DNA of 64,000 nucleotides from Octopus bimaculoides (GCF_001194135.2 NC_068990.1:11548291-11612290), one strand, 5' to 3'. Numbered from the stretch's first letter, positions 11,902 through 26,240 are shown. Numbers and translations: made by a program. Notes: generated by a model from the letters alone, not told the origin.

Positions 11902-12671
11902 CTGAAAATGAAGCAAAACGCAAAAAAATGTATAATAATATACGAACATATATTACATATAAGAATTGATATATCGTAAGGTTGAATTTTACTATCGTAC
12001 AAAAAATCCTGATGATTGTATGGGATACTGAAATTCATCACCCACAGCAGGTAATGTGGGACTGTGGACATTAGGCTTCTCTACAGTGAGGTGGGGCAGG
12101 TCAAGAATTACTTCGTACTTATCAAGAACATAGAGTTCATCCTCATTCACTTATTCATGTGCTTTTGGTGAATAGTGGAGATTAGAGCAGTGGATAAGTC
12201 ACTAGAAATAATTTTCTGTTGTCTGGTGGCAGTCATTTTAATTGATATAAAGTATATTCTAGACGTGAATAAGCTATACTAAGACAACTTCGGAATTAAG
12301 GACGAGGCATCTTGATCCATACAGATGAACAAAACATCTAAAAAATTCATGACCTAATGAAGCTGTGATACAGCATCCAGTTGTTTATAGGATTAGAAGA
12401 TAGAAGGCTTAGCTGTCATATATGAGGTATCATCAATTACTTAAATGTGTTATCCCCGCACTAAATGGTGAAAGAGGAAAGGCCCTCGCTGATGCCAATA
12501 CTCTAACCATAGCAGTCAACAACGCCACCACAACAACAGCAACTGCATTAACAGCACAAATAACGTTGTCATCAGTAAAATTATAGTACCAGTTAATTAG
12601 TGGAGTTCATTTTATTAGCTATACTCACACAAAATTTTTGTGTCTTCGATCCAATGATTAATAATTAATTC

Positions 12672-13062
12672 TAAGTTTTGCACAAGACCAGCAATTCCAA
12701 GAGGAAGGGTTAGTAAATACTACTGAACTTAGTACTAGACTAACTTTTACTTTATCGGCTCTGAAAGATGGAACGCAAATTTGCCCTTGACTGGAATTGA
12801 ACACAGACCAATAACTACAAAGGGAGTTCTCGACGCTCTAACATTATTATTGTTGGCTAAGGTGGCGAACTGGTAGAACCGGTAGAGTACCGAAAAAAAT
12901 GTTTTTCTGTGTTTGTTCTGGTTCTTTACATTCCGAGTTCAAACTCTACTGAGATCAACTTTGATTTTCATCTTTTTCAAGTAGATAAAATAAAATACCA
13001 GTCATGTACTGGGAGTTAACGGTAATGACTAACCGCCTCCCTAAAAATTGTTGGCTCTGTGC
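12672..13062. mobile_element. Head-to-head pair of degenerate family-A SINEs (- then +)
   Basis: Family-A body on minus ~12672-12845 and on plus ~12858-13062. Confidence 0.75.
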
Positions 13063-14744
13063 AGATGAAAATGCTAAAAGAAGGGAAAATGGATGGGCGG
13101 GGAGCAGAAAAAACGGCTCAACATATAGCACCGAAAACAACTAATGAAGAACAATTTCTCTTGAACGACAAGTTTACATATCTCTGGAGCAATGGAATAT
13201 CCCAAGAATTTTTAATGGCACAAAAATAGTTAATTTCAGACTGTAAACAGCATGTAAAAGGCAGAATACTAGTAAAATTAAGACATTACATCAAACTTGA
13301 AAACGAAAATCTTCAAAATATTTTTTTAAATCAAATGTCTCAAAAAATGCATACTGGTGCATTTGTTGCACTGAAAAATAGCTTAAGAAGAGTTTAATGT
13401 ACGATATCGTGGAGAACCAATCTAGACTTAGCCAGCAAATATTTCAAGTCTTAAAATAACATCTAGTTTGAATTATTGCGTATTTTATTATACAGTTATT
13501 ATTTCCGTGCAAATATGTGTGTATGCATACATATCTGTAAATGCATATGTGTGTGCATGTTTGTTTATGTACTTGTGTGTATGTGTAGTATGTGGACACC
13601 TATAAAATTCTTAATACACCCTCTTACATTTTGTATGTCATCATCTACCCCACTATGTTGTATTTGTAAACGTATTGATTTTTTTTTCCCCACATTCCAC
13701 GACCGCTTATCTATCTTTGTAAACCCCTATTGAAGGTTTCATATGTTTTATATCTCCTCGAGTCCGTGTGGTTAATAAAGAAAAGATTATCTTTCTTGCT
13801 GTAGTTTTTAATCCTATTACTTCAGGTTTTGCAAACCAAATATCTTCTTACTTAAAACTGGAACTAAGACCATCTAAAGAAGCATTCATAAAATATTTCA
13901 GGTCTAACAAATATTTGATTATTAAATAATCTAGTGCAGCATTTAAAATGATATCTAACATTTAAATACGCTAATGGCATTGCATGCATAGTAACAGGCT
14001 TGTCTATGTAATAACGGCTTTCACATTGCAACTCCAGTGCTCTGCGTTCGATTCCATGATTAAATTACTTTCTCTATTCTTTAAAATTTAGAAAAGGGTA
14101 CTAATCGAACGTTAAGCTTAATTTCTTTTCCTCTGTATACTTGTCTGAAAAAGAACAGGGCAGTTTGTTGAAATTTTTGATAAACAGAATTTTATTCTTT
14201 TCGTACACACACACACACACACACACACATACACACACACACGAAAAAAAAACGAATGCCGTTACTACAAACGACAAAACGTCGAGAGAGTTTTTTTTTT
14301 CTTGGTGTAGTTGTAGCAGCTCATAAAGTATTGTTAGTTGCTTGAGGGCTAATGACTTCTAAGTTTTTTTTATCCTCAAACTGTTCATTGCTTTGTGTTG
14401 TCAGCTGCTGTCCACCGTCTCTGATGGTTAACTCCCACAGTGTCTGTCAATGTTCTCTGCTGCTCTCTAGTGGTCACGGTGTCGAATCTGATACTAGTTG
14501 AGAGGCTCAGAAGGAAACACGCCAAAAGAAGGGAACGTCGCTAGAGCCTATTCGACGCGAATTCGTGATTGATCAGATTTTGTTGATGACGTGGGCAATA
14601 TTCTAGCGAATCATGACATTGGATACACCTCACTAACATATTTGAATCCTGCACCAAAGACAGCGAGAGAGACAGACAGGCAGGCAGAGACAGAGAGAGG
14701 GGGAGAGATGGAGAAGGGAGAGTGAAGAGTAAAAGATAGAACAA

Positions 14745-15077
14745 TCAACCTAGCACTGAAGTAGTATTTTTTTCATCGATTCTAGAATGAAAGAAAAGTA
14801 ATGTTGAGCTCAGCGTGATTTGAACTCAGAGCACCAAAATCTGGAATTGCTAAGTGTGGTAGTAGCTGATTGGTGGATAACAGAATCATAAGAGCCTTGT
14901 TGTATTTAGTTATATCGCTTTATATTCAAAGATCAGATCCCTCAAGATCAACATCGCCTTTATTGTTTGCTGCATTTTTCTAGGTCAATAAAATAGACAA
15001 CAGTTAAGTAGTGGAGTGGTTTTTATGGATTGCTTTTTTCCCATAATATTTATGGCCTTGTGCCAATGATAGAAACA
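14745..15077. mobile_element. Head-to-head pair of degenerate family-A SINEs (- then +)
   Basis: TTTGAACTCAGA on minus; GGCCTTGTGCC tail on plus. Confidence 0.65.
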
Positions 15078-15915
15078 GGGTTTTTTTTTTAATTATTATT
15101 TGCATTCATTTTCTTGTTAGCTTCCTTTCCCAAGTTATCCCCTGATGTCAGAGTTCAAGAAGTTATAAAGGAGGTCAGATTTAAAATACATATGTAATAA
15201 ACAAGTAAATAACAACAGACCCCATAATACAAAAACACAAAACAAAACATTATACGTGTATGATATAACAGCACGTAAAGGCCAAACACAAAAGTTATCA
15301 TCCTCATCATCATTATCATCGCTGTCGTCATCATTGTTATAATCATTAATATTCGTGGTTTGTTGAATACGTCGATAGCTTTCTTCAAAAAACATTAAGT
15401 ACATATTGAAAAACATGAATAAAAATAACCAGTTTATGAACAAAATATTTTCATATATCGCCATAGGTACGGCTTTATAGTTAAGAAGTGCATCGTCAAA
15501 GCATGTGATAATTAGTTCGATTCCTCCATATGGAAACATAGGCAAGTGTATTCTACTATAGTTTGCATGAGCAAAGTAAACCTATCCGTGAACTCCTCAG
15601 CTTTAAGCTCTGTGTATTTATTTGGGGAAGCATCAGGTGGAGTGAGAGCTCTCCTATAGAGCATTGCCCTGAAGAGGCACAATCATCTCAGAGGACAGGT
15701 CGTTCGATTTCGATAGTTGCATGTGTTTAATGAAGGTGAGAGTTGTGTTGATGTATTTTTCTAATTTCAGCATGTGATATTGTTTGATATTATCTAGGCA
15801 AGAGCAATTCTCGAAAACATTTTGTACACGCATTAATTAAACTACAAAGAAATAGCTAATATCTTGCGAGTGCAGTTCGGTAGGTGGAAGCTGAACGTAA
15901 TTCAGTCATGTATAT

Positions 15916-15918
<3 letters not shown>

Positions 15919-15999
<81 letters not shown>
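15919..15999. repeat. (TG)n microsatellite
   Basis: Direct reading. Confidence 0.98.
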
Positions 16000-16328
16000 G
16001 CACGGGCTGCTGAGTAAACTTCCTTTGAAGTCTTTTGCTATTAATCCCGTGTGTTTACTGGGAACACAGTTGGGTAGAGAGGCAATCAATCTATAAAACT
16101 TTACCTAGGAGAGGCAAATTTATCACAGTGAGCATTTGGTTCAATTTCGGCAATTGCAAAGGGAGAGTTGTGCTGATGTATTTTTCATTCTTAACATATG
16201 ATATAAGAAACGATATCGTCTCAAAAAAGAACGGGTCACCTTAACATTATAAGCACCAAATAAATTTACAACACGAACGAAATTTGGTTGGTGGAAACAA
16301 TGCAGATTTTAGATGTACAAGTATTCAT

Positions 16329-16373
<45 letters not shown>

Positions 16374-16499
16374 TTCTGAAAAATGTGCGTGAGTGAATGT
16401 GTCTAAGTAAGCATATGTATTTGTGTGTCTAGCACGTCTTTGCATGGCACTCCTAGGGCAGATTAAGTTTCAACGTTTGGAGACCTGAAACCCAGCTTG

Positions 16500-16617
16500 A
16501 AATCGCGTAAGGGTTGGTGTTTGGTAGGGTACTCAGATCTAACATACTGTCTCAAGGTATCTTGGTCTACCCATGCCAACATGGAAATAGTGGAATAAAA
16601 ACTATTATGATGATGAC
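16500..16617 (+). mobile_element. 3' tip of an RTE-related repeat with (GAT)n tail
   Basis: CCCATGCCAACATGGAAA..TGATGATGAC matches the reverse complement of the 32871 element end. Confidence 0.55.
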
Positions 16618-16790
16618 AATCATGTTGGTATCCAAAATTAACGGATGCTGTGTGAGAATATCCGAACACTATTTACAGATCTTAAGCTTGCTTTTTATGA
16701 AATGTGTGCCCGTATATAATCTTATATGTAATCTGCCAATGTTGTTGTTGTTGTTGTTGTTGTTGTCACCATCACTTTCATTATTAAAAC

Positions 16791-16997
16791 GGCGAGCTGG
16801 CGAAATCGTTAGCAAGGCCGGGAAAATTCCTTAGCTGCATTTCGTCTGTTTTTACGCTCAAATGTTACCGCGGTCGACTTTTTCTTTTATCCTTTCAGGG
16901 TCGCTAGAATAGAATACCAATCGAGGACTGAAGTGAGAGTAATCCATTATCCCACACTCCCGTACAAAATTCCTGGTTTTGTGGCAGTAGTAGAAAG
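16791..16997 (+). mobile_element. Family-A SINE
   Basis: GGCGAGCTGGCGAAATCGTTAGC head and conserved body. Confidence 0.85.
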
Positions 16998-17060
<63 letters not shown>

Positions 17061-17093
17061 AAGAAGAAGAAGAAGAAGAAGAAGAAGAAGAAG
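16998..17093. repeat. Compound (AAT)n(AAG)n microsatellite
   Basis: Direct reading; produces the IIII/RRRR ORF. Confidence 0.98.
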
Positions 17094-17602
17094 ATTTGCT
17101 TGTCAGTTATTTGACCTGGGCTACAGCAAATATTCTGCTCAATACCATAGATTTGCTTGTCAGTTGTTTGACCTTAACAAATTGAGCATGTCCCTTGGTG
17201 GCTGCCGATATGTGCATCTCTGATCATGAGCAGAAGTAGTGGGGGAGCATCATAGCCATGTGTTGAGAGGAATTATTTGGGGTTTGAATAATTTACCTTT
17301 GGAAACATGGGTGCTTTGCTCAACATCCTTAAACAAACCTTATTCAGGGACCTTTTGAGCGGGATGGGCTACTTGACCTGAAGAAAATTCTAACTGGGCC
17401 CCACCTGCGAGGTTATGCGCTGTTTATCTTGATATGAGATCACCATGTCGTGTACATATGTTTGTGATGCATGTACCTGGTGTACCCTTATCAGATGGGT
17501 AGTCATGATGAGTATAACGGGATTCGTATATTTTATTCCAGTGTCACTTTGATGGCATGCACTGCTCTCTCACTCAATAATAATAATAATAATAATAATA
17601 AT
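17093..17602 (+). mobile_element. Retroposon 3' region with (AAT)n tail and an internal ~26-bp direct repeat
   Basis: AGATTTGCTTGTCAGTT.TTTGACCT twice; ends CTCTCTCACTC(AAT)n; resembles a common Octopus interspersed repeat (recall). Confidence 0.6.
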
Positions 17603-18325
17603 ATCTATTTGACTAATCGATAAAGCGTAACGTTACCTTGGCAAAACTTAAGCATGCATTGCAGCAAACACTGCTCAGTTTTGATCAGAGACATGTCGGT
17701 CAATTGTGAGTCAATCTGAAGGACGCACACGCGCACGCACGCACGCACACACACACACACACACATTCAGGAACATGCATACGTACATGCACATACACAA
17801 CTGCATAGCAGTCAGGATTCTTCTTCTACTACTACTACAACCTCTAACGCTACATTCCACCTTTTCTCTTGCCTTACAGTTTCCAACATTGCACAGACTC
17901 TGGGGAATTGTGTTAACAAACAATTTGGCTCCATTTCATAAACTGCTTTCATCGCTCCGAGGTTTGGATTATTGGTAATAGAAAGGTCAAGAGTTCAATA
18001 TTTGTTGCTGACTAACTGTATAAAAACTGCAGTTTATTTATTTATTATTTTTTTTCATTCTATTATTCTCTCAATTCTAGCTATCTTCCAATAGCAACCC
18101 ACCCCTATCGCCATCAGCATCAACATCACCATAACAACCAGAATATAATCCATCCTCTCCACTAAATACTATTTTGCTCTCTTGGGTATAGCGATGGTTC
18201 TTTTATCTGTTATTTCTTATAGAAACTGGTTCAATGGATCACTGGCAAATTATTAGCTCAAACATTGATCACTGTACATCAAGAATATTCACTTTCTTCC
18301 TTTTACTCACTCTCACTCATCCCCC

Positions 18326-18390
<65 letters not shown>

Positions 18391-18889
18391 TTCATTTTAT
18401 TCATCTCATTCAGTTCCCAAATATTTGTATGTGCTGCTTTCAAATATTTTCTCTTGTTCTTTTTCTATATATTTATTTTATTTTATTTATTCTCTACACA
18501 CACACAAATACATACATACATGCATATATATGTGTGTCCATGTAAATATATATATATATATANNNNNNNNNNNNNNNNNNNNNNNNNNNNNNNNNNNNNN
18601 NNNNNNNNNNNNNNNNNNNNNNNNNNNNNNNNNNNNNNNNNNNNNNNNNNNNNNNNNNNNNNNNNNNNNNNNNNNNNNNNNNNNNNNNNNNNNNNNNNNN
18701 NNNNNNNNNNNNNNNNNNNNNNNNNNNNNNNNNNNNNNNNNNNNNNNNNNNNNNNNNNNNNNNNNNNNNNNNNNNNNNNNNNNNNNNNNNNNNNNNNNNN
18801 NNNNNNNNNNNNNNNNNNNNNNNNNNNNNNNNNNNNNNNNNNNNNNNNNNNNNNNNNNNNNNNNNNNNNNNNNNNNNNNNNNNNNNNNN

Positions 18890-18928
<39 letters not shown>

Positions 18929-19184
18929 TACATATACCTATATATCTATATATATATACATAAATACATAGACATATATAAACACGTATGATTACATATA
19001 CAAATATATATATGAACATATATATATATATATATGCATGTATGTATATACACACATACATGCATATATTTATATTATTTATTTTTTTAGAAAAATTCAA
19101 TTAATGAACTTTATTGCAGTTTCCATGACAACAACAATAATGTCAATGTTGACTCATTTGAATAATCAATACTGACTTGTTTCT

Positions 19185-19730
19185 AAACTTTATTGCAATA
19201 CCATATATTTGTGTATATATGTGTGTACATGTGTGTGTACCTATGCACGTACGGGCGTGAATAAATGTGTAAATGTGCGTAAAGTGTGTGTGTGAATGTA
19301 TCTCTGTATGTATACATGTATGTGTGTGCGCATGCATATGTATCAGGGTGCATGTGTTTCTGTATGCATTCATGCCTGTATGTACAGATATGTGTGTGCA
19401 TGTGTATGTATATATATATAATATTTATATGTATGCATGCATTCTCGGTTGTGTATGTGTATATGTGTATGTTTGCGTATGTACAAATACATGCGTATAC
19501 GAACGTATATATACATATATACATACATACATGCATATATATACAGATAAATACAGGTTTGTATATATATATTTACATATACAGGCTTGTATATATGTGT
19601 GTGTGTATACACAAACATACATATATATGCATACGGACAGGCATACATATACATGTATGTGCGTGTGCGTAAGTGTGTTTGTGTATGCGTATATGTGTCT
19701 CTTTCTGTGCGTATGTATATACGTGTAAGT
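19185..19730. repeat. Degenerate (TG/TA)n low-complexity tract
   Basis: Direct reading. Confidence 0.9.
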
Positions 19731-20071
19731 ATGTTTCTACGTATGATATTTATTCATTTAGTCATCAATTGCATTTCCTATGGCACATGATGCAAAAAAT
19801 GGCCAACAAACTATAAAGTAATCTTTCGTTATGCTTTAGACCATTCTATTGATGTGTCTTTTTATGCATATCCTCTTCAAGTGCTTTTACACAATCTCTC
19901 TAATCTACTTAAAGATAGAATCTGTATAGTCTAAATGGCACTAGAAATTTTAAGAGCCAGTTTTAAAAAAGAAAGTTGTCAATGGCAGGATTCGAACTCG
20001 TTGACAAATGATTAAATTATTGATTACACTGCCTGCTTTGATCTCTTCATATATGCATTAATTATGCTATT

Positions 20072-20290
20072 AAGGCGGCGAGCTGGTGGAATCGTTAGCA
20101 CGCTGGGAAAAAATGCTTCGCAACACTTCTTTCTTCTTGAGTTCAAATTCAGCCGCGGTCAGTTTTGCCTTTCATCCTTTCGGTTCCGATAAAATAAGTA
20201 CCAGTTGAACTCTGGGGTCGATGTAATTGACTTAGCTCCATTTCGAAAATTGACTAAGCTCCATCTCGAAATTTGTACCAAAATTCAAAA
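20072..20290 (+). mobile_element. Family-A SINE
   Basis: AAGGCGGCGAGCTGG head and conserved body. Confidence 0.85.
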
Positions 20291-20550
20291 TCAACATACA
20301 TTAGTTACGCCATTTTAAAATTAACAACCGTATTCGTTTCTTTTATGTACTTTCTTCCATGCTAATATAGCTTAATCAAATACAAATTAGTGAGTCATTG
20401 GTTTTTCAGCTGGGCCCTTTCATGTAACAAACGCCAGTTTTTCAATAAAGGTATTCTTATTCTACTCGTCTTCGAAAGCACAGAGCAACTGGACAATTTG
20501 CAGAAAGAGAAATGTCAACAGATATCACTGCCCATATATGTTTTATTCAA

Positions 20551-20590
20551 AACTAGCTGAACCCGTACCGTCAAAAATGACGGCTAATAA
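20551..20590 (-). mobile_element. Helitron-like 3' terminus
   Basis: Minus strand CCGTCATTTTTGACGG hairpin, 11 nt, then CTAG|T. Confidence 0.4.
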
Positions 20591-21000
20591 TAGTATTTTA
20601 TACATAAATAAGGTTCAAAATAAGGTACATAATAATTACACATACAAACATTCACATAATTTCCTTGTACACACACACGCGCGCGCGCGCGCGCGCAAAC
20701 GTTCACTTACCTCCCTTTTACATAATCACACATTCTCACAGAGAGTTGAAACGCTGATTTTTTTCACCCCTTCCTTCGTTAGTTATCTATCATCCCCTTC
20801 CTTTCTCATTCATATGTTGTGACGAAGAAAAAAAACAGAAGATATATGATGCGCTCTTTACCACTTCCTTTCTCTCATTGATGTTGCTTTCTCTCACTAC
20901 CTCTCCTTCACTGAATTACTATTTTCTCTCCCCTCCCTTCACTTATACAACTCTTTCTCCTACTCTGTGATTTTGGACAAATATCTATATATGTATTTAT

Positions 21001-21034
<34 letters not shown>

Positions 21035-21667
21035 GTATGTACATACACACACACAAATATATGAAAAAACTACGCTCATTATTATTTTAGATATCTAACA
21101 CAAAGCATTCATATGCATTTGTATTTACACGCGCGTGCACACACACACACACGCACACCATCCGTTACAATTTCTCTCAACAATTTCTACAATTTCTGTC
21201 AACCAAATTCACTCACAAGACTCTTTTTGGTTCGAATCTGTTGTAGAACACATTTTCCAGAGTGCTGCACAACGGGATTGAACCCTAAAATATATGATTA
21301 TGAAGTGAACTTAAAGACACAGTAAGTTCTGTGCGTCTATTATGAGTATAGATATCATATTTTAACATATAAATGACCAACTTAGAAAGGTGAATATCTT
21401 GCATTTGATGCTTACAACGAGAAATAACTCCATGAATCAAATGATGAATGAATTACCAGATCAATATTTCAGTGTAAAGTTGTATAAGTAATCACAAACA
21501 TCAAATCAAAGCACAATGTGTGTATGTGTGCGCACAAACACGTAAATAAAAAGAAGTGAAAGGAAAAAGCTGTTTGCCACCGAAGGTAAAGTATAATATA
21601 CATACATACTTATGTGTGTGTGTGAATATAGTAAATACAGCGAGAGAGAGGAAGAGAGATAGAGAGA

Positions 21668-21745
<78 letters not shown>

Positions 21746-21829
21746 GAGACAGAGAGAGAGACCTCACTCACCTATGCGTGGGTATGTCTTAGTAACGTAC
21801 AGTACGCATTCGCTAACTGTTTTATGTGC

Positions 21830-22072
21830 TTATGTAGCCCCGAGCAGACATCCTCTCAATTTCCCCACCATTTGATGCATAGCTAAATCCAAGTCATGAC
21901 AGCTGGAGGGTAAGATAAATGCACCAGCACTCACCTGGTGCTTATTTTCAGTTGAGTAGAATGAAGCATCGAAAAATGAAGTGCATTACTCAAGGAGGCA
22001 ACACGCTGCTCGGTCAAGAAATCTAAATCTCTACTTTATAATCATAAGCTGAAGCATTACGCTATGCACCTT
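21830..22072 (-). mobile_element. Degenerate family-D SINE followed by (TATC)n at 22075-22153
   Basis: Minus-strand CCTTGAGTAATGCACTTCATTT..TACTCAACTG body shared with 35985-36190. Confidence 0.5.
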
Positions 22073-22075
22073 CAG

Positions 22076-22153
<78 letters not shown>

Positions 22154-22158
22154 ACCTC

Positions 22159-22191
<33 letters not shown>

Positions 22192-22254
22192 ACGCGTGTA
22201 CGTGTGAGTGTGTATGCGTGTGAATGTGTGTATGTTGATATTCACTCTCTCTTA

Positions 22255-22306
<52 letters not shown>

Positions 22307-22396
22307 ATTTGTTTGTGTATGTGTGTCTGTATATATATATGCATACGCATATATACACAGACGCACACGCAAACACACACACAAGCACACAAACAC

Positions 22397-22434
<38 letters not shown>

Positions 22435-22642
22435 ACACACACACACAAGTTCGCCGTTTTCTATTGTGTGACTTGAAGTTTCACCCTTCCAATCCTCAGA
22501 CAAATGGGGGAGAGAAATCTTTTCTTTTATACGAAAGCTGTGGGAACGTTAAGACACTAAAGTAAGTTTTGATTGGTTGCCGAAGAATGTCGGTTAATTG
22601 AAGAAAGAACGTGGGAACTAGGAATGGTTTAGATTGTAAGGA

Positions 22643-22965
22643 GTGCCTGTGTGGTAAGTAGCTTGCTTACCAACCTCATGGTTCCAGGTTCAGTCCCACT
22701 GCGTGACACCTTGGGCAAGTGTCTTCTACTATAGCCTCGGGCCTATTAAAGCCTTGTGAGTGGATTTGGTTGACGGAAACTGAAAGAAGCCCGTCGTATA
22801 TATATATGAGTGTGTGTGTGTTTGTGTGTCTGTGTTTGTACCCCCCCCCACCTTCGTTTGACAACCGATGCTGGTGTGTTTAATTCCCCGTAACTTAGTG
22901 GTTCGGCAAAAAAGACCGATAAAATAAGTACAAGGCTTACAAAAATAAGGCGGTGCTCCAGCATG
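22643..22965 (+). mobile_element. Family-B SINE followed by a long (TG)n (~22985-23087)
   Basis: Full match to family-B consensus seen in other copies. Confidence 0.9.
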
Positions 22966-22981
22966 AATATACGCATATGTA

Positions 22982-23090
<109 letters not shown>

Positions 23091-25766
23091 AGTTTTAAGA
23101 TGACGGTTTAAATTTGCGCATTGTTACATTATAACACCCGCTGCAACGAGAGAATCTCTTACCGTAGTCCCACCACACACCGCTCTAATTTACTCGTTTA
23201 TAATGTTAACATCGTAGCATGTCTTGATCTATATAACCATACGCCATTCTTGCATGCGTGTGGTGTTTACATGGTTGTTCATATTAGTAAGGATTTATCA
23301 TCAAAAACCTTCACCAATCGATAATAATATCCCAAGTTGAAGTGATTGTCTCTCGGCCTTCGTTCACAGCTGGGCTGCTGTGAATATGTGCATGCAAAGC
23401 AGCCTCTTCCCCTTGCTGCTCTTGCACTTCTCAAACCCATAATACACTATAACCACATCTATTTTTAATATTAATATATTTAATTTTAATCTCACACCTT
23501 TATAAATTTATATTAATAATAACATGCGTATATTTATATATCTGCATGTGTATAAATGGTGTTCCACATAATTTTATCTTTCGAAGCCAAAACCATCCCA
23601 TACTCAAACGTCCTTTCTTTCACTACGATACATTTCACAACCGTTTGTTTCTCTTATTCTTTTAGAGCTAATAAAAAGCAGTCTCAAGGCCCAAATCGTC
23701 TCGTATGTTTCGTATAAACAGTTTATTTTCGCATTTTATGTTTCGTTTAAAGATCCAGTCGAGAAATACGGAAAATCAGCTTTAGTACGTATACACACAA
23801 ACAACACACAGGTACGTGTATATGTATGACAAGAAAAGTGTTAAGATCTCGTGTGAAAGATCACATACACACACACGAACGCACGCACACGCACACACAC
23901 ACACACACACAGGTGCGTATATATGTATGTATGTATGACAAGGAAAGAGTTAAGATCTCGTGTGAAAGATAAAAGTCGTGTTTTGGTATGTGAGCTAAAA
24001 ATGTATACAATAATTATAAGAACAAAAGGTTTACAGATAGACAGTAAGAAACCTCTACATGTGCCAGTGGATGACAGCTCAGATTCTTTTGTTAAGCGAT
24101 ACAGCTAACCGTTAAAACACATGTCGTTTCTCACAAAATTATGTGAGCTTCAGATAAAGGGGAACGTTCTCTTTCGGGAATGCTGCAAAATATGCCACGG
24201 AGAACAAGTCAGTTTCCAGAACTCCAAGGGAAAGCAGGACAGAGAAGATGAAGTTTTCTTAGGTCGTGACTTTAAAAAATGCATATACTCGGTAAACTTT
24301 CTTTCAACGTTGATAGCTGTAAACCCTGAGTAGTCGCTTGGAGTGATAATCACAGTCTACATGAGGCCGACACAAAGTGTTCTCCTTTGGCAGGTGGTTC
24401 GATTTCAGCAGCCGAATATGGATTATTGAGATGAAAACTATGCTGCTGTGGTTTTCCTTGCTGTAGCCTATGGCATTGGATGTAGTATTGTCTCGGCAAG
24501 AATAGTTCACCTTACAAGTAGATACATCAAAATGTTTCTGGTTATGAGCTTAGAAAGTTTTACTCAGTTCGATGTATCAAGTTCTTAGCTATGTTTTTGG
24601 AAGCATCTAGAATGACTAGAGAGTTAAACCAGGACTAAATTAAGCCTTTTGTCAGGCGTGCTAATGATTCTGCTAGAGGCAAGCTGGCAGAATTATAATA
24701 GTACGTTCCTTTATCAGAGAGAATTCTATTTGAAGATAAATTAGAGACTCTTCTACTGATTCTTCTTCACTAAATTTGTAATTACAGCTGTGGAGTACTG
24801 GCTAAAATTTCTATAAATATACAGTCTTCTCGCTAGATTTATTACAGAGATAGTAGTTGCCATATCTAATGTGTAGAGTAAGTTTTAAAATGTTAATTTG
24901 TAGCATAGTGATTCATACTAGTTTAAATGAAAGATGGACGTTTATTCGGTGTTCCGGGAATTACGAGGGGCTGGGGTGGTTATATGATGACAGTTATATT
25001 TAAACGAAAATATTTCAATTTACTTCTATTTTAAATCTATGTATTGTATCTCTGTTTAAGCTGTGGAAAATTGCTAGGTCGCAGTCATTGCACACACTTG
25101 AGATATAATAGTGGATGTACAATTCTTAAGAGCATCTGGGATAAATATTCAGACCACGTTCGCGCTCCCAGCCCCTCGTAACTCCTGGGACGTCGAATAA
25201 TGGTTCACTTTACTTTTAAACCAGCATGCTAGAAGTTACTATTAATATCATGATTAATATTTATCTAATCTCCATATTACTAATTTTAGTATAACACCTC
25301 TAAAACTCAAGGGGTTTAAGAAACAGAGAATTCGGTATGGAATGGTGGAAGTCCACGATATCAGACTTGGCAAATTAAAAGGCTGCTTTGTTTTTGATAT
25401 CAGGGAACCAGTTGATAAGAGCAGTGCTGGAATTCCATTAGATTAATCATCTAGCGGCAACAATTCATATAACAGAATTAATGGTATTTGGGATTATTTT
25501 ACTTAATAGCCCGTTTTACTCTCTGGAGAGTTAATCAATTTGCATTTAATGTTGCAAAACTGATGGCATAACTGGTTTTTAAGAGTAATATATCGGGAGA
25601 CGAAGTACATAGTGATGCAGTCTACGTGGTATTTTTATCTTGAAGGAAGTGGCCTCCTCCTGCACTTCCAAACCAATTTCAAAGTATACCAGTAGTTTTC
25701 TTGTATGTACTGAAGATGGTATTAAACAAACGGTAGTTATTTGTTGATTTACTTGATTCGTATGTG

Positions 25767-25811
<45 letters not shown>

Positions 25812-25859
25812 NNNNNNNNNNTGAGGCATGTATATATATATATATATATATATATACCG

Positions 25860-26240
25860 TATTTACTCGTATAATTGCCCAATCCCATACACACACTATA
25901 CAAGCAAATGACATGTTGCCAATCCACTAATCATACAGTAACTAAAAAAAGAATCAATTTTTTAGTAAGAAATTTTCACTTAAATATAACTGGATTATTG
26001 TCTCCTGATCAATTCTGTTCCCTTGAATCACGTGATCTTAAGTTAACATTGCTATGATATTTTAGAACGATGAGAGATCCATATGAAACGTAAACATTAA
26101 AGAATTGTCTACAAATATGAATTTCGAAACGAAAGTTTTGCTTAAGTGTACTAGTAGACTATATTAGTGATAACATTCATCTCTATTGACTATACAGAGC
26201 GCATTTTTTCACTTCTGTCTTTCTACAGAAATATTTGATA
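25860..26240 (+). mobile_element. Penelope-like pseudo-LTR copy 1 with degenerate hammerhead motif (26061-26101)
   Basis: Diverged direct repeat of 27570-27930; GATGAGAGATCCATATGAAACGTAA. Confidence 0.7.

Noticed and set aside
12008-12045. CTGATGA..GAAA hammerhead-like words (also 35774-35790)
   Set aside because: Stems I, II and III cannot form
23150-23200. Minus-strand donor CTACG|GTAAGA; also plus donor ACAG|GTAAGT at 53935
   Set aside because: No convincing acceptor or coherent exon; isolated donor words are expected by chance
24120-24540. Possible decayed RT fragments (also ~12020-12520, 1430-1800, 36200-36500)
   Set aside because: Similarity to LINE proteins too faint to support without an HMM search
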